A stretch of 53,654 nucleotides of DNA from an uncultured Alphaproteobacteria bacterium (GCA_938034375.1 CALHLB010000081.1:1-53654); one strand, 5' to 3'. Counted from the stretch's first letter, positions 10,753 to 23,047 are shown. The notes: generated by a model from the sequence alone, not told the origin. Numbers and translations: made by a program.

Positions 10753-10764
10753 CAATTTATAAAT

Positions 10765-11088
10765 TTAAACTTCATTTTTAATCTGCTCTCTGGCCTCGGC
10801 CATCAATTCAGACATTTTTGAACGAATTTCAGTTTCTGCAAGATTAATGGAAGCTTCATCAAAATCACCTTTGATTTTGCGATAAACATCTTCTTCGCCC
10901 GGCTCTTCAAAATCAGACCGCACGACAGACTTTGCATATTCATCCGCTTCATCGCCATTAAGGCCAAGTTTTTCAGCGACCCAAAGCCCTAAAAGCTTGT
11001 TGCGACGCGCTGTTGCTTTAAATTGCAACGCTTCATCATGGGCAAATTTCTTTTCAAAAGCATCTTCGCGCTCATCAAAACCACTCAT
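10765..11088 (-). CDS. DUF1476 protein (F1Fo ATPase inhibitor zeta subunit family)
   Basis: MSGFDEREDAFEKKFAHDEALQFKATARRNKLLGLW signature; ATG at 11088. Confidence 0.92.
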   Translation of the reverse strand: MSGFDEREDAFEKKFAHDEALQFKATARRNKLLGLWVAEKLGLNGDEADEYAKSVVRSDFEEPGEEDVYRKIKGDFDEASINLAETEIRSKMSELMAEAREQIKNEV

Positions 11089-11357
11089 ATAAAATAACCT
11101 TTCAGGCGTTCGTCTTATTTTCACCCTTCATATAAGACCAAGAGGTGAGAGTTTGAAGACAATTCTTTATTAAAAATCATTCTAACCCTAGATTTTTCAA
11201 CATTAAATACCAAGAAAGTGTCAATTGCCGGTTTTCAGAATTGTATCAATGAGCAAGATAGAGTAAATCCTATTACAAAGTAATGTGTGCCTTTGAAAAG
11301 CAATGCTCATATGTTATTGGCTCACATTAGCAACTAACAAATAAGGTACAAAACCCC

Positions 11358-12122
11358 ATGAAAAGCCGCCGGCGCATTTATGAAGGCAAGGCCAAAATTT
11401 TATATGAAGGCCCAGAACCTGGCACTCTTGTTCAATTTTTTAAAGATGATGCAACTGCCTTTAATAATAAAAAACATGAAGTAGTAGACGGCAAGGGCGT
11501 TTTAAACAATCGCATATCCGAATTTGTTTTTGGTCACCTAAACAATATCGGCATTCCTACGCACTTTATTAAACGCCTCAACATGCGTGAACAACTTATA
11601 AAAGAAGTTGAAATCATCCCTCTGGAAGTAGTTGTTCGTAACATTGCAGCCGGTTCATTAGCAAAACGCCTTGGTATTGAAGAAGGCGAGGTTCTACCGC
11701 GCTCCATCATTGAATTTTACTATAAAAATGATGTCCTGGATGACCCAATGGTATCAGAGGAGCATGTTACAGCCTTTGGTTGGGCCTCACCACAGGAAAT
11801 TGATGACATGATGGCGCTTGCTATTCGTATCAACGATTTTCTGTCCGGCATCTTTTTAGGTGTTGGCATACAATTGGTTGATTTCAAAATCGAATTTGGT
11901 CGCCATTGGGAAAATGATACAATGCGCGTTATCTTAGCCGATGAAATTTCGCCAGATAGCTGCCGACTATGGGATATTGAAACAAAAGACAAACTCGACA
12001 AAGATCGCTTCCGCCGTGATATGGGCGGCATGTTGGAAGCCTATCGCGATGTTGCCCAACGCCTAGGTATTTTAACTGAAAACGAACCTGTAAAAGGTAC
12101 TGGCCCCCGATTGGTAAAATAA
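11358..12122 (+). CDS. purC: SAICAR synthetase
   Basis: [35 protein letters not shown]. Confidence 0.98.
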   Translation: MKSRRRIYEGKAKILYEGPEPGTLVQFFKDDATAFNNKKHEVVDGKGVLNNRISEFVFGHLNNIGIPTHFIKRLNMREQLIKEVEIIPLEVVVRNIAAGSLAKRLGIEEGEVLPRSIIEFYYKNDVLDDPMVSEEHVTAFGWASPQEIDDMMALAIRINDFLSGIFLGVGIQLVDFKIEFGRHWENDTMRVILADEISPDSCRLWDIETKDKLDKDRFRRDMGGMLEAYRDVAQRLGILTENEPVKGTGPRLVK

Positions 12123-12150
12123 CTAAGTGAAATAAATAGGATTTGGAATA

Positions 12151-12396
12151 ATGAAAGCACGCGTTACCGTTACATTGAAAAACGGCGTTTTAGATCCACA
12201 GGGCAAAGCTATTGAAGGGGCGCTAAGCTCTCTTGATTTTTCAGGCATCAATGAAGTGCGACAAGGCAAGGTTTTTGATGTAGACCTTGAAAATACGAAT
12301 AAAAATGAAGCAGAAAAACAGCTTGAAACCATGTGTGAAAAACTCCTTGCCAATACCGTTATTGAGGATTATTCATTTGAATGGATAAACTCATGA
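12151..12396 (+). CDS. purS: FGAM synthase subunit PurS
   Basis: [19 protein letters not shown]. Confidence 0.97.
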   Translation: MKARVTVTLKNGVLDPQGKAIEGALSSLDFSGINEVRQGKVFDVDLENTNKNEAEKQLETMCEKLLANTVIEDYSFEWINS

Positions 12397-13061
12397 AATC
12401 AGCCCTCATCCAGTTTCCAGGCTCCAACCGAGACCGCGACATGATCGCAGCCATCACTAAAATTTCAGGCGAAAAACCTGATTTGGTTTGGCATACCCAA
12501 TCAGAGCTTGGAGACTACGATTTAATTGTTATTCCTGGTGGTTTTTCATATGGCGATTATTTGCGCGCAGGCGCCATTGCTGCCCGCTCCCCTATTATGG
12601 ATGCTGTGCGAGAGAAAGCCGGTAAAGGTACAAAAATTCTAGGTGTTTGCAATGGTTTTCAAACCCTGTGTGAAGCTGGTCTTCTACCAGGTGCCTTAAT
12701 GCGAAATGCATCCCTACGCTTTGTCTGTCGTGAAGTTAAATTACTGGTTTCCAATAATAAAACAGCATTTTCAAATCAATATAATGAGAATGAAATCATC
12801 CGTTGCCCTGTTGCCCATCATGACGGTAATTTTTTTGCCGATGAGAAAACATTAAACCAGATTGAAGAAAACGGACAAGTCGTCTTTCGCTATGCTGAAG
12901 ACACTAACCCTAATGGCTCCGTTAATAATATTGCCGGCATTGTTAATGAAAAAGGCAATGTTTTAGGCATGATGCCACACCCTGAAAATCTTATTGAAGC
13001 CTTCCACCATGGCTTAGATGGCCGCCCCCTCTTTGAAAGTGCCTTAAACAAGGTTGCATAA
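12393..13061 (+). CDS. purQ: FGAM synthase glutaminase subunit PurQ
   Basis: [28 protein letters not shown]; ATGA overlap with purS. Confidence 0.97.
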   Translation: MKSALIQFPGSNRDRDMIAAITKISGEKPDLVWHTQSELGDYDLIVIPGGFSYGDYLRAGAIAARSPIMDAVREKAGKGTKILGVCNGFQTLCEAGLLPGALMRNASLRFVCREVKLLVSNNKTAFSNQYNENEIIRCPVAHHDGNFFADEKTLNQIEENGQVVFRYAEDTNPNGSVNNIAGIVNEKGNVLGMMPHPENLIEAFHHGLDGRPLFESALNKVA

Positions 13062-15262
13062 TGATACCCAATAATACCCCCATCACTGATGAGTTAATTG
13101 CTAATCACGGCTTAAAACCCGATGAATATCAACGTATTTTAAATTTGATTGGCCGTGAGCCGACAATCACTGAACTTGGCATCTTTTCAGCCATGTGGAA
13201 CGAGCATTGCTCTTATAAATCATCTAAAATTTGGCTAAAAACTTTGCCAACAAAAGGCCCACGTGTCCTGCAAGGCCCTGGCGAAAATGCTGGTGTGGTT
13301 GATATTGATGATGGCCAAGTGGTTGTTTTCAAAATGGAAAGCCACAACCACCCCTCTTATATTGAGCCTTATCAGGGGGCTGCAACTGGTGTTGGCGGCA
13401 TTTTACGTGACGTATTTACTATGGGCGCTCGACCGATTGCAGCCATGAATGCCTTACGATTTGGTGAACCTGATCACCCCAAAACCCGTCACCTTGTATC
13501 CGGCGTTGTGGCTGGCGTTGGTGGCTATGGCAATTCCTTTGGTGTTCCAACTGTTGGTGGCGAGGTTGAATTTAACGCTCGTTATAATGGCAATATTTTG
13601 GTAAATGCTTTTGCAGCAGGCCTTGCAGATAGCGATAAAATTTTTCTATCAGAAGCTAAAGGCGTTGGACTTCCCATTGTTTATCTAGGCGCAAAAACAG
13701 GCCGTGATGGTGTGGGTGGGGCCACAATGGCATCAGCTGAATTTGATGATGACATTGATGAAAAACGTCCCACCGTTCAAGTAGGTGATCCATTCACAGA
13801 AAAATGCTTGCTTGAAGCCTGCCTTGAACTCATGAAAACCGGTGCTGTTATTGCCATTCAGGATATGGGGGCTGCAGGCCTTACATGCTCTGCTGTTGAA
13901 ATGGGAGCCAAAGGCAATTTGGGCGTTGAACTCGATCTTGATAAAGTGCCTGTACGTGAAGAACGCATGAATGCTTATGAAATGATGCTTTCTGAAAGTC
14001 AGGAACGCATGTTAATGGTTTTGGAACCTTCCAAAGAAGCTGTAGCTAGCGATATTTTCAAAAAATGGGGCCTTGATTTCGCAATTGTTGGCATCACGAC
14101 AGATGATTTACGCTTCCGTGTGAATTTTCAAGGCGAGGAAGTGGCCAATCTTCCAATTAAAAAGCTGGGCGATGAAGCGCCGGAATACGATCGACCGTGG
14201 GTAGAACCCAAAAAACCGGACCCCATTCCAGCACTTGATTTACCGGAGGGTGAGGCTGTCGTTGAACTTCTTCTCAAATTAATGGGTTCGCCCAACGTTG
14301 CTTCAAAACGCTGGGTTTATGAGCAATATGACACCTATATTCAAGGAAATTCGGCTCAGCGTCCAGGCGGCGATGCAGGTGTTGTGCGTGTACCATCATC
14401 CACAGGAGAAGACACGAAAAAGGGCCTTGCATTCTCATCAGATGTAAACCCCGTCTATTGTGAAGCAGATGCCTATGAAGGCGGAAAACAGGCCGTAGCA
14501 GAACTTTGGCGCAATTTAACAGCTGTTGGTGCAGAGCCTTTAGCTGCAACTGATAATCTTAATTTCGGAAATCCGGAACGCCCTGAAATTATGGGACAGT
14601 TCGTCCACGCTATCAAAGGTATTGGCGAGGCTTGTAAAGCCCTCGCTTTCCCGATTGTTTCCGGCAATGTCTCACTATATAATGAAACAAATGGTGTTGG
14701 TATATTACCAACCCCCACTATGGCAGGTGTTGGTCTTTTACCTGATATCGATAAAATGGCAACAATCGCCTTTAAAGATTCAGGCGAGGATATTATTTTA
14801 ATTGGTAGCCATGGCACCCATATGGGCCAAACCCTTGCTTTTAACGCGCTTACAGGCGGCGATTATGGTCCACCACCACCGGTAGATTTGGCAGAAGAAA
14901 AGAAAAACGGGGATTTTGTACGCAGCCTAATTCGCAACGAAAGAGTAACTGCGTGCCATGATATTTCATCAGGCGGCCTTGGTGTTGCCGTTACTGAAAT
15001 GGCACTTAAAGGTAAAATAGGCGCAACATTTTCTTTACCGAAAGATAAAGTAACAACCCTATTTTCTGAAGATCAAGCACGCTATATAGTAACTTGCAAA
15101 CGATCTGACAGAGAGCTTATCCTTAAAAGTGCTGAAGAATCAGGGATAAATCTTGAAATAATAGGCAAGACAGGCGGCAATTTCATTGATTTTGGTGAAA
15201 AAATAGACCTAACAAGCTTAGAACAAGCCTATGAAGGCTGGTTCCCTTCCTATATGGCTTAA
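13061..15262 (+). CDS. purL: FGAM synthase subunit PurL
   Basis: [28 protein letters not shown]. Confidence 0.98.
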   Translation: MIPNNTPITDELIANHGLKPDEYQRILNLIGREPTITELGIFSAMWNEHCSYKSSKIWLKTLPTKGPRVLQGPGENAGVVDIDDGQVVVFKMESHNHPSYIEPYQGAATGVGGILRDVFTMGARPIAAMNALRFGEPDHPKTRHLVSGVVAGVGGYGNSFGVPTVGGEVEFNARYNGNILVNAFAAGLADSDKIFLSEAKGVGLPIVYLGAKTGRDGVGGATMASAEFDDDIDEKRPTVQVGDPFTEKCLLEACLELMKTGAVIAIQDMGAAGLTCSAVEMGAKGNLGVELDLDKVPVREERMNAYEMMLSESQERMLMVLEPSKEAVASDIFKKWGLDFAIVGITTDDLRFRVNFQGEEVANLPIKKLGDEAPEYDRPWVEPKKPDPIPALDLPEGEAVVELLLKLMGSPNVASKRWVYEQYDTYIQGNSAQRPGGDAGVVRVPSSTGEDTKKGLAFSSDVNPVYCEADAYEGGKQAVAELWRNLTAVGAEPLAATDNLNFGNPERPEIMGQFVHAIKGIGEACKALAFPIVSGNVSLYNETNGVGILPTPTMAGVGLLPDIDKMATIAFKDSGEDIILIGSHGTHMGQTLAFNALTGGDYGPPPPVDLAEEKKNGDFVRSLIRNERVTACHDISSGGLGVAVTEMALKGKIGATFSLPKDKVTTLFSEDQARYIVTCKRSDRELILKSAEESGINLEIIGKTGGNFIDFGEKIDLTSLEQAYEGWFPSYMA

Positions 15263-15281
15263 GAAAAATGGAGAAAATATC

Positions 15282-15515
15282 ATGCCTATGAGTGCAGTAG
15301 AAATTGAAAGCATGATTAAGGAAGCCCTGCCCGATGCAGAGGTGACAATAGAAGATTTAGCAGGTGACGGCGACCATTATCGCGCCATCGTTGTTTCGGA
15401 AAATTTTCGCGGCAAAACCCGTGTACAGCAACATCAACTTGTCTATGATGCCTTAAAAGGAAATATGGGCGGCGTTTTACATGCTCTTGCATTGCAAACA
15501 AGCGCCCCCAAATAA
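15282..15515 (+). CDS. BolA family protein
   Basis: DLAGDGDHY, RVQQHQLVY, LHALALQT; GGAG before ATG 15282. Confidence 0.93.
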   Translation: MPMSAVEIESMIKEALPDAEVTIEDLAGDGDHYRAIVVSENFRGKTRVQQHQLVYDALKGNMGGVLHALALQTSAPK

Positions 15516-15558
15516 AAGACATGATCTGCAAAAAGTAGGCTATAAGGAGATTTTTAAT

Positions 15559-15900
15559 ATGAGCGATATGAAAGACTTCATCGATAATGAAGTAAAAAAT
15601 TCAGACATGGTGCTTTTCATGAAAGGCACACCAAACTTTCCGCAATGCGGCTTTTCTGGTCAGGTTATCCAGATTTTAGATTATCTGGGCACCGATTATA
15701 AGGGAATCAATGTGCTGGAAGTTGACGACCTGCGCCAGGGTATCAAAGACTATTCCAACTGGCCAACTGTACCGCAACTTTACATCAAGGGCGAATTTGT
15801 AGGCGGCTGCGACATTATCCGCGAAATGTTTCAGGCAGGTGAATTGCAAACCTATCTGGAAGAAAAAGGCATCGCCATGAATAAACAGGCGATGGCTTAA
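15559..15900 (+). CDS. grxD: Monothiol glutaredoxin Grx4
   Basis: FMKGT, CGFS, WPT.PQL, GGCD; AAGGAG before ATG 15559. Confidence 0.96.
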   Translation: MSDMKDFIDNEVKNSDMVLFMKGTPNFPQCGFSGQVIQILDYLGTDYKGINVLEVDDLRQGIKDYSNWPTVPQLYIKGEFVGGCDIIREMFQAGELQTYLEEKGIAMNKQAMA

Positions 15901-15906
15901 AACGAC

Positions 15907-15938
15907 ATCAGGCTGAGAATTATAGTTTTCAGCCTGAT
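15907..15938 (+). terminator. Stem-loop after grxD (possible terminator)
   Basis: ATCAGGCTGA...TCAGCCTGAT inverted repeat; weak U tract. Confidence 0.5.
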
Positions 15939-16110
15939 AAAATGTGACAAGAACACAGCCACTCGACAGCATTGCATTTCAATCATATCACAATGATTAA
16001 ACTAGCAAAATACTTTAAAAATACTGCCGCCCCTTAATCATAAGCCTGTTATTATGAGAATAATACTCAAAAAATAATAGGAATGGTTGATTGCAACACA
16101 ATAAATTAAA

Positions 16111-17013
16111 ATGACTATAAAATATATGAAATCTCTGGGGATTGGCTCCGTTCTTGTTGCAACCACTCTTTGGGGAAGTACGGGTACACTTCAATCCTTA
16201 TTGCCTGAAAGCCGTGAGCCATTGGCCGTTGGGGCGTTAAGATTATTATTTGGTGCCCTGTTTTTATTTCTCCTTGCAGTTCTAAACCAGCCATGCCGCC
16301 AAAACATACGAAAACTGCCTTGGTTTTTGATTATATTTGCCGGAATTTCAATAGGATTTTACAATCTGTTTTTCTTCTGGGCCGTAACAAAGGCTGGTGT
16401 CGGCGTTGGAACCGCTATCACCATCGGCTCCGCCCCTGTTTGGGTTACGGTCTATGAAATTTTGGTTACGAAACAATGGCCAAGACGCATGCGCGCCTTA
16501 GGGCAGTTTATTTCAATTGGTGGTGTTGGCCTTCTTGCGACAACAGGTGCTGGAGGGCGATGGAACCGTAAGTGGTATTCTCCTCTCACTGGCGGCAGGT
16601 GCCTGCTATGCAGCTTATTCTTTAGCAACCAGCAAAATGGGAGACCGCGCACCGTCAACCCTTATTGCCGCAAGCACCTTTTGCATAGCCGCACTAATTA
16701 CCAGCCCTGTCTTTTTCTTTGTGCCAATAACATGGCTGTCCGGATCGTTTGATTGGAGCATCATCCTAATTTTAGGGTTGGTACTACTGGAATATCCTAT
16801 TTTTTATATACATGGGGACTGAGACATATCGCAGCTTCTACCGCAGTTACCCTCGCATTGGTCGAACCTGTTACAGCATGGTTTCTTGCTATGATTGCTG
16901 TAGGGGAAGCAGCCACTCTTCACAATATTCTGGGCGTATCTTTTATTATAACCGGACTTACTTTCGTTACAATTTTTTCAAACAGAAAACCTTATAATAC
17001 TTTGAGAGATTAG
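16111..17013 (+). pseudogene. EamA/DMT family transporter disrupted by two compensating frameshifts
   Basis: EamA-like sequence is split over ORFs 16111, 16517 and 16753; extra G near 16555 (GGAGGGCGAT) and missing G near 16775 (TTAGGGTTGG). Confidence 0.8.
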
Positions 17014-17099
17014 GCAGAAAATCTCAAACATTCATCTTTCATGAAGTTGCGCTGCAAAGAATATTCATGAAAGGAAATCTTTCTCTAAAACGATTTTTA

Positions 17100-17954
17100 T
17101 TACCCATTATTTTGCTCTCTTTGGCCCAAGCCCAGCCCCGCAAAATCAAACAGCTTACGGTCCAGTAGGTGCGACGGGCGGGCATTTGTGAGCGCCCTTA
17201 ACATGACATCTTTGCGACCTGGCATTTTCTTTTCAATGTCACTTAGCATCTGCTTCATAATATTGCGCTGAAGCCCGTCTTGAGAGCCACATAAATCACA
17301 TGGGATGATGGGAAATTGCATGGCGGTGGAAAACTTTTCGATATCCTCTTCAGCACAATAAGATAAAGGGCGCATAACGAAAAGATCCCCCTCATCATTC
17401 ACCAATTTTGGCGGCATGGAAGCCAAACGACCGCCATGAAAAAGATTGAGGAAGAAAGTTTCCAAAATATCATCCCGATGATGCCCCAAAATCACGGCAG
17501 CACACCCCTCTTCACGCGCGATACGATATAAATTACCACGGCGAAGGCGGGAACATAAGGCACAATAAGTTGCCCCTTCAGGCACTTTATCAGTCACGAT
17601 GGAATAAGTATCTTCCCGCTCAATCCGGTAGGGTATCGCATGTCTTTCAAAAAAATCTGGTAAAATATGCGTTGGAAAACCAGGCTGTGCTTGATCCAGA
17701 TTGCAAGCCAACAGCTCAACAGGAAGGTGACCGCGCCACTTAAGGTCTAAAAGCAACGATAAAAGCGTATAAGAGTCTTTTCCACCAGAAAGACACACCA
17801 GCCATTTATCGCCGGCACGAATCATTGAAAAATCACCCAGTGTCTCACGTGTTTGACGTATCAATCGTTTTCGCGTTTTCTTGAAAGAAACTGTTGAAGG
17901 CGCCTCTTTAAAAAGACTATGGCAACTGGTTTCAAGCCCATCTTCTGTCATCAT
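17100..17954 (-). CDS. ttcA: tRNA 2-thiocytidine(32) synthetase
   Basis: SGGKDS PP-loop, [24 protein letters not shown]. Confidence 0.96.
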   Translation of the reverse strand: MMTEDGLETSCHSLFKEAPSTVSFKKTRKRLIRQTRETLGDFSMIRAGDKWLVCLSGGKDSYTLLSLLLDLKWRGHLPVELLACNLDQAQPGFPTHILPDFFERHAIPYRIEREDTYSIVTDKVPEGATYCALCSRLRRGNLYRIAREEGCAAVILGHHRDDILETFFLNLFHGGRLASMPPKLVNDEGDLFVMRPLSYCAEEDIEKFSTAMQFPIIPCDLCGSQDGLQRNIMKQMLSDIEKKMPGRKDVMLRALTNARPSHLLDRKLFDFAGLGLGQREQNNG

Positions 17955-18130
17955 ACATAAATTACCCTATGGCATCTTGCCCTGCTTTTTGTCAGGCAAA
18001 GGGCATATCGTCAAGCTCACACAACACGCAATACTCAATATATCGTGATCGAATGTTAAAACTCTTGGTTGGTCTTTTTAAAAAGAAACCATAGATTAAA
18101 ACCATCAAATCAATCATTAGAGGGTTTTCA

Positions 18131-18556
18131 ATGTCCCAATTTCTTGAAAATAAATTATCACGCCGCCAATTTGCTGGTTTGGCCTTGTCTGCTTTTGCAG
18201 CCACAGCTATGAACATCACCCCGGCCCTTGCGACCAATTTTCGCAAAGGAACCTTTAAAGGCAAAAGTGGGCATGTCACCAAAGGCAGCGTTAAAGTGAA
18301 AGTTAAAGACGGAAAGGCATTTGTTCTTTTAGGCGATGACTTCTTCTTTGACGGAGGCCCAGACCCTAAATTGGCGTTTGGTAAAGATGGTAAACATGAT
18401 GCAAGCACATATTTGCACAAAATCTTACCTAAAAAACAATGGAAAGGTGCTTCAAAACATAAAGTAGCTGCCAATATTGATGTAAGCAAATATAACGAAG
18501 TTTATGTTTGGTGCGAGAAATTCAACGTACCACTAGGTGTTGCAAAAATTAAGTAA
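18131..18556 (+). CDS. Tat-exported DM13 domain protein
   Basis: SRRQF twin-arginine signal; GPDP and YNEVYVWCEKFNV.LG DM13 motifs. Confidence 0.85.
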   Translation: MSQFLENKLSRRQFAGLALSAFAATAMNITPALATNFRKGTFKGKSGHVTKGSVKVKVKDGKAFVLLGDDFFFDGGPDPKLAFGKDGKHDASTYLHKILPKKQWKGASKHKVAANIDVSKYNEVYVWCEKFNVPLGVAKIK

Positions 18557-18576
18557 ACTTAATCTTATCTAAAAAT

Positions 18577-18603
18577 AAAAAAGCTGCCCAAAGGACAGCT
18601 TTT
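18577..18603. terminator. Bidirectional intrinsic terminator
   Basis: AAAAGCTG-CCCAAAGGA-CAGCTTTT between the convergent DM13 gene and rpsD. Confidence 0.8.
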
Positions 18604-18623
18604 AAAAAATGAATTGCCTAATT

Positions 18624-19241
18624 TTAGCGGGAGTAAAACTCGACTACTAGATTTGGTTCCATAATAACAGGATAAGGTACATCTGAAAGTGTCGGTACAC
18701 GCACCAATGTTGCAGACATTTTGCCATGATCAGCTTCAACATAATCAGGAACTTCACGCTCTGTTAGGCCTGTTGCTTCAATCACGATAACCAACTGCTT
18801 GGAGCTTTCCTTAACTTCAATAACATCGCCTAATTTACAGCGATAAGAAGGCACATTAACTTTCTTGCCATTAACAGTAATATGCCCATGATTGATGAAT
18901 TGACGTGCAGCAAAAACTGTTGGTACAAATTTCGCGCGATATATAATTGCATCCAAACGACGCTCCAAAAGGCCAATCAGATTTTCTGATGTATCACCTT
19001 TCATACGCACTGCTTCAGCATAAATACGGCGAAAATGCTTTTCTGAAATATTGCCGTAATATCCTTTTAATTTCTGCTTAGCGCGCAACTGAATACCAAA
19101 ATCAGATAGTTTGCCTTTGCGGCGCTGACCATGCTGGCCTGGTCCATAATCGCGGCGGTTTACAGGGCTTTTTGGACGACCCCAAATATTTTCGCCCATA
19201 CGGCGGTCAATTTTATATTTTGCTTGTTCACGCTTTGCCAT
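18624..19241 (-). CDS. rpsD: 30S ribosomal protein S4
   Basis: [37 protein letters not shown]. Confidence 0.99.
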   Translation of the reverse strand: MAKREQAKYKIDRRMGENIWGRPKSPVNRRDYGPGQHGQRRKGKLSDFGIQLRAKQKLKGYYGNISEKHFRRIYAEAVRMKGDTSENLIGLLERRLDAIIYRAKFVPTVFAARQFINHGHITVNGKKVNVPSYRCKLGDVIEVKESSKQLVIVIEATGLTEREVPDYVEADHGKMSATLVRVPTLSDVPYPVIMEPNLVVEFYSR

Positions 19242-19394
19242 CGTGGTTCCTTGATTTTATTAAACGAATAGAAACAACGCCCTCCTCTTTTCATAAAATG
19301 AAACGACAGAAGTTCAGCGCGCAACGCAGAAACTTCACGGGAGTTTATGTCAATTAAGACATTAGATGATTTTTAATAGAGCCTTTTTTCAAAG

Positions 19395-20156
19395 TCAAGC
19401 TGAAAGGACTCTGTAGGGAAAGTCCTTTCCCGATGTCATGATACCTGAAATTCTTCCATGCCTATGTTTTCTATCTGGCAAAAGAGAAAGGGCTCTTTGC
19501 GCGATGGCTGGCGCGGGGTCAAACCACTTAACCGGCCAAGGCGCAAGCTTTTCTAAAACAGGAAGCAAAAGCGGATAATGCGTGCAGGCAAGAGCAATAA
19601 AATCTGTTCTGGCTCCTTTATTGTCTTCAATAAAACAGGGCAATATTTCCTCAAACACAGCCGCTTCATCCAGTCTGTCCTCCAAAAGATATTTTTCAGC
19701 CATTCCAGCAAGGTGATTGCTTCCAACAAGAGCAACCTTACAATTATTGGCATAAGTGTTTATCAAAGCTTTGGTATAGTCCCGTTTAACGGTTCCAGCA
19801 GTTGCCAACACACTAACATAACCGCTTTTTGTTTGTTCTGCTGCCGGTTTTATGGCCGGTACAGTCCCAACAAACGGAAGGGCATGAACCTTTCTTAAAG
19901 CGGGTAAAATCAGCGTGGATTCCGTATTACAGGCTATAACCACCATTGAGGGCTTAAATTTTTCAATTAAACTGGAAAGTGTCTTCATACAATGAAGAAG
20001 GAGATCGTCATCCCGCCAGCCCCCAACGGGAAAACTTAAATCATCCGCTACATAAAGATGGTCATGATTAGGAAGTTCTTTTAAAAGGTGCCGAAAAACA
20101 GTCAACCCGCCAAAACCAGAATCAAAAGTTAGAATAGGTGCATGAAGCTCAACCAT
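19395..20156 (-). CDS. murI: Glutamate racemase
   Basis: FDSGFGGLTV, IACNT, VPAIKPA, LACTHYP. Confidence 0.95.
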   Translation of the reverse strand: MVELHAPILTFDSGFGGLTVFRHLLKELPNHDHLYVADDLSFPVGGWRDDDLLLHCMKTLSSLIEKFKPSMVVIACNTESTLILPALRKVHALPFVGTVPAIKPAAEQTKSGYVSVLATAGTVKRDYTKALINTYANNCKVALVGSNHLAGMAEKYLLEDRLDEAAVFEEILPCFIEDNKGARTDFIALACTHYPLLLPVLEKLAPWPVKWFDPAPAIAQRALSLLPDRKHRHGRISGIMTSGKDFPYRVLSA

Positions 20157-20158
20157 TC

Positions 20159-20986
20159 TTATGCCTCATCATTAGGACAGCTTTCAATCAATGCTTTTAG
20201 ATCTGCTAATTTTCCGCGGGTCTTGCGGCGATCAAGGGCTGCAATAACGCCTCGAAAATTTCGAACTTCAGGTCCTGTGAAATTGGTTTTTGAAAGCGTT
20301 ACCCTTAAATTTTGAATAAGATGCTCCCGTCTTTCTTCTGGGTAAAAATAATCCACCCGGTCAAGCGCTTCAACCATATGGTCAATCAAGCCCACAATCT
20401 CTTTGCGTGTTGCTTTTTTAAAGGCCGGCGCTTCAAAACCGACATCAGGCTCAATTCTATTAGCGCGCAAAGCACCCTGCATCCATTCATAAGACATAAG
20501 CAAGACGGCCTGAGCAATATTAAGGGAAGCAAATGCCGGATTAACAGGAAAAGTAACAATTTCATTAGCAAATCCTACTTCCCAATTTTTAAGCCCCCAT
20601 CGTTCCCGACCAAAAAGAATACCTGTTTTTTCTCCTTTTGCATCTTTATCAACTAATATATTGGCAGCCTCTGTCGGCCCTTGAACAGGTTTATTCATCC
20701 CTCTCTCACGGGCCGTTGTTGCATAAACATACTGCAAGTCACCGATTGCTTCTTCCAATGTATCAAAAACCAGAACATGATCGATAACATGATGGGCGCC
20801 ACTGGAAGCAGCACGTGCCGGTTGTGAAGGCCAGCCATCCCTAGGGTTAACCAGACGCATTTGCGACAGGCCAAAATTGGCCATAGCACGCGCCGCTGTT
20901 CCAATATTTTCCCCCAATTGCGGTTCTACAAGTATAATTACGGGACCACCCGTTATTAAATCGCGCTCTTTATCAGTGCCAGACAT
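20159..20986 (-). CDS. SPOUT RNA methyltransferase (TrmJ/LasT family)
   Basis: LVEPQLGENIG.AARAMANFG, LFGRERWGL, SLNIAQAV. Confidence 0.93.
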   Translation of the reverse strand: MSGTDKERDLITGGPVIILVEPQLGENIGTAARAMANFGLSQMRLVNPRDGWPSQPARAASSGAHHVIDHVLVFDTLEEAIGDLQYVYATTARERGMNKPVQGPTEAANILVDKDAKGEKTGILFGRERWGLKNWEVGFANEIVTFPVNPAFASLNIAQAVLLMSYEWMQGALRANRIEPDVGFEAPAFKKATRKEIVGLIDHMVEALDRVDYFYPEERREHLIQNLRVTLSKTNFTGPEVRNFRGVIAALDRRKTRGKLADLKALIESCPNDEA

Positions 20987-21159
20987 TATTAACTTTCTAT
21001 GATTGACCCAAAATCAACTTTAAAACATCTTTATCAAATCAAAATTCATGAACCAAGCATATTTTAACTGTCCCAGCTCTTCCAGTCTTTAAAAGCCTTT
21101 GCTATAGACCGCAGTAACGTTCATAAACAATATGGATGTTACCAGTCAGAGAGGGAATT

Positions 21160-22377
21160 ATGGATAAAATTAAAGTTGCTAATCCGGTTGTAGAACTTGA
21201 CGGCGACGAGATGACTCGCATCATCTGGGCCTTTATTAAAGACAAGTTGATACATCCTTATCTTGATATTGATCTACATTACTATGATTTGGGTATTGAA
21301 GAACGCGACCATACAGACGACAAAATAACCGTTGATTCTGCTGAAGCTATCAAAAAATACGGGGTCGGCATCAAATGCGCCACAATCACCCCTGATGAAG
21401 CCCGTGTCGAAGAATTCAACTTGAAAGCCATGTGGCGCTCACCCAATGGAACAATCCGCAATATTCTGGGCGGTGTCATTTTCCGTGAGCCTATTATTTG
21501 CAGAAATGTCCCTCGCCTCGTTCCCGGCTGGACACAGCCAATAATTGTGGGCCGCCACGCCTTTGGTGATCAATATCGCGCCACCGATTTCAGATTCCCT
21601 GGAAAAGGCAAGCTTACCATGAAATTTGTTGGCGATGATGGCCAGGAAATTGAACATGAAATCTATGACGCACCCGCTGCTGGCGTTGCTATGGGCATGT
21701 ATAATCAAGATGAATCAATTCGTGATTTTGCACGCGCCTCTATGAATTACGGTCTGCAACGCAAAGTGCCGGTTTATTTATCTACCAAAAACACAATCCT
21801 AAAAGTCTACGATGGTCGCTTTAAAGATATTTTTGAAGAGATTTATGAAGCAGAATTCAAACAACAATTTGAAGAGGCAAAAATCTGGTACGAACACCGT
21901 TTGATCGATGATATGGTAGCTTCAGCCTTGAAATGGTCTGGCGGTTATGTCTGGGCCTGCAAAAACTATGATGGCGATGTTCAATCAGATACCGTCGCCC
22001 AAGGCTTTGGTTCTCTCGGCCTTATGACATCTGTCTTAATGACACCAGACGGTAAAACCGTTGAATCAGAAGCCGCACACGGCACCGTAACACGCCACTA
22101 TCGCCAGCACCAAAAAGGCGAAGAGACATCAACAAACTCAATCGCCTCAATTTTTGCCTGGACAAGAGGACTTGCCCATCGTGCAAAACTAGATGAAAAT
22201 TCTAAACTGATTGAATTTGCAAAAACACTGGAAAAAGTTTGTGTGAATACCGTAGAAACAGGCTATATGACAAAGGATCTAGCACTCCTTATCGGGCCTG
22301 ATCAACCGTGGCTTTCAACAATCGGCTTCCTGGATAAGGTAGATGAAAACCTCCAAAAAGCCATTGGAAAACAATAA
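21160..22377 (+). CDS. icd: NADP-dependent isocitrate dehydrogenase
   Basis: [42 protein letters not shown]. Confidence 0.98.
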   Translation: MDKIKVANPVVELDGDEMTRIIWAFIKDKLIHPYLDIDLHYYDLGIEERDHTDDKITVDSAEAIKKYGVGIKCATITPDEARVEEFNLKAMWRSPNGTIRNILGGVIFREPIICRNVPRLVPGWTQPIIVGRHAFGDQYRATDFRFPGKGKLTMKFVGDDGQEIEHEIYDAPAAGVAMGMYNQDESIRDFARASMNYGLQRKVPVYLSTKNTILKVYDGRFKDIFEEIYEAEFKQQFEEAKIWYEHRLIDDMVASALKWSGGYVWACKNYDGDVQSDTVAQGFGSLGLMTSVLMTPDGKTVESEAAHGTVTRHYRQHQKGEETSTNSIASIFAWTRGLAHRAKLDENSKLIEFAKTLEKVCVNTVETGYMTKDLALLIGPDQPWLSTIGFLDKVDENLQKAIGKQ

Positions 22378-22387
22378 TACTGCTTTT

Positions 22388-22413
22388 AGGGGGTGCCAAA
22401 TATGACACCCCCT
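22388..22413 (+). terminator. Stem-loop after icd
   Basis: AGGGGGTG...CACCCCCT inverted repeat just after the stop codon. Confidence 0.6.
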
Positions 22414-22576
22414 CATAAGAAACCTACTTAAGAATACTGGTAATTTCAATTATAGCGCAAGCCTTTTAAAGTGATTATCATTTTAAAAGAAAGCTTAGGC
22501 TTAAACAAAGAGATTTAACCAAGATTTATTATCAATTTATGTAAGCTTGGCTATATCAATATTCAATCAAAATAAC

Positions 22577-23047
22577 TTATTCAGCATTTAATAATGAAGC
22601 CCCATGGGGATTATCAATAACCAGTTTCCAGCTACCATCTGCTTGCTTACGCAAAACTGAAACACTTAAACCGGACTGGCTAATAACCTGACCATCAGGG
22701 CTTACGCCTTTCATTGACCATGGCGCGATATGCACCGCTAAATCACCATTTACGATGACATCATGGCCTGCATATTCAAAAACCGGTTTAATTGCAGACA
22801 TAGCGTTAAACATTTCTCTAATCTGTTCTTGATCTGAAACCGTACTTTTCGGTTCAAAAGCAATGCTGGCTTTTTCTTCATAAGAAGACATGACAGCATC
22901 AATATTGCCGGCTTCAAAGGCCTGAGTCATATTTTTAACTGTATTTAAAACGTTATTTTCTACTTCTGTCATGGTATCTCCTGATTGTGCAACAGTAGTG
23001 GTTAAAAAAAGGGCAAGCGAAATTGCCCATGGTAAAACACGGCTCAT
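22577..23047 (-). CDS. Secreted SnoaL/NTF2-like (DUF4440/YybH-type) protein
   Basis: Signal peptide; AFEAGNIDAVMSSYE and VLRKQADGSWKLVIDNP; GGAG before ATG 23047. Confidence 0.85.
   Translation of the reverse strand: MSRVLPWAISLALFLTTTVAQSGDTMTEVENNVLNTVKNMTQAFEAGNIDAVMSSYEEKASIAFEPKSTVSDQEQIREMFNAMSAIKPVFEYAGHDVIVNGDLAVHIAPWSMKGVSPDGQVISQSGLSVSVLRKQADGSWKLVIDNPHGASLLNAE

Noticed and set aside
9060-15960. Other TGTCACA heptamers (about 9070 plus strand, about 15943 minus strand) as ECF targets
   Set aside because: No CGTC at the 16-bp spacing.
22464-22488. Palindrome TTTTAAAGTGATTATCATTTTAAAA resembling a Fur box
   Set aside because: Lies between convergent gene ends in AT-rich DNA with no evident promoter or target; could simply be a hairpin.
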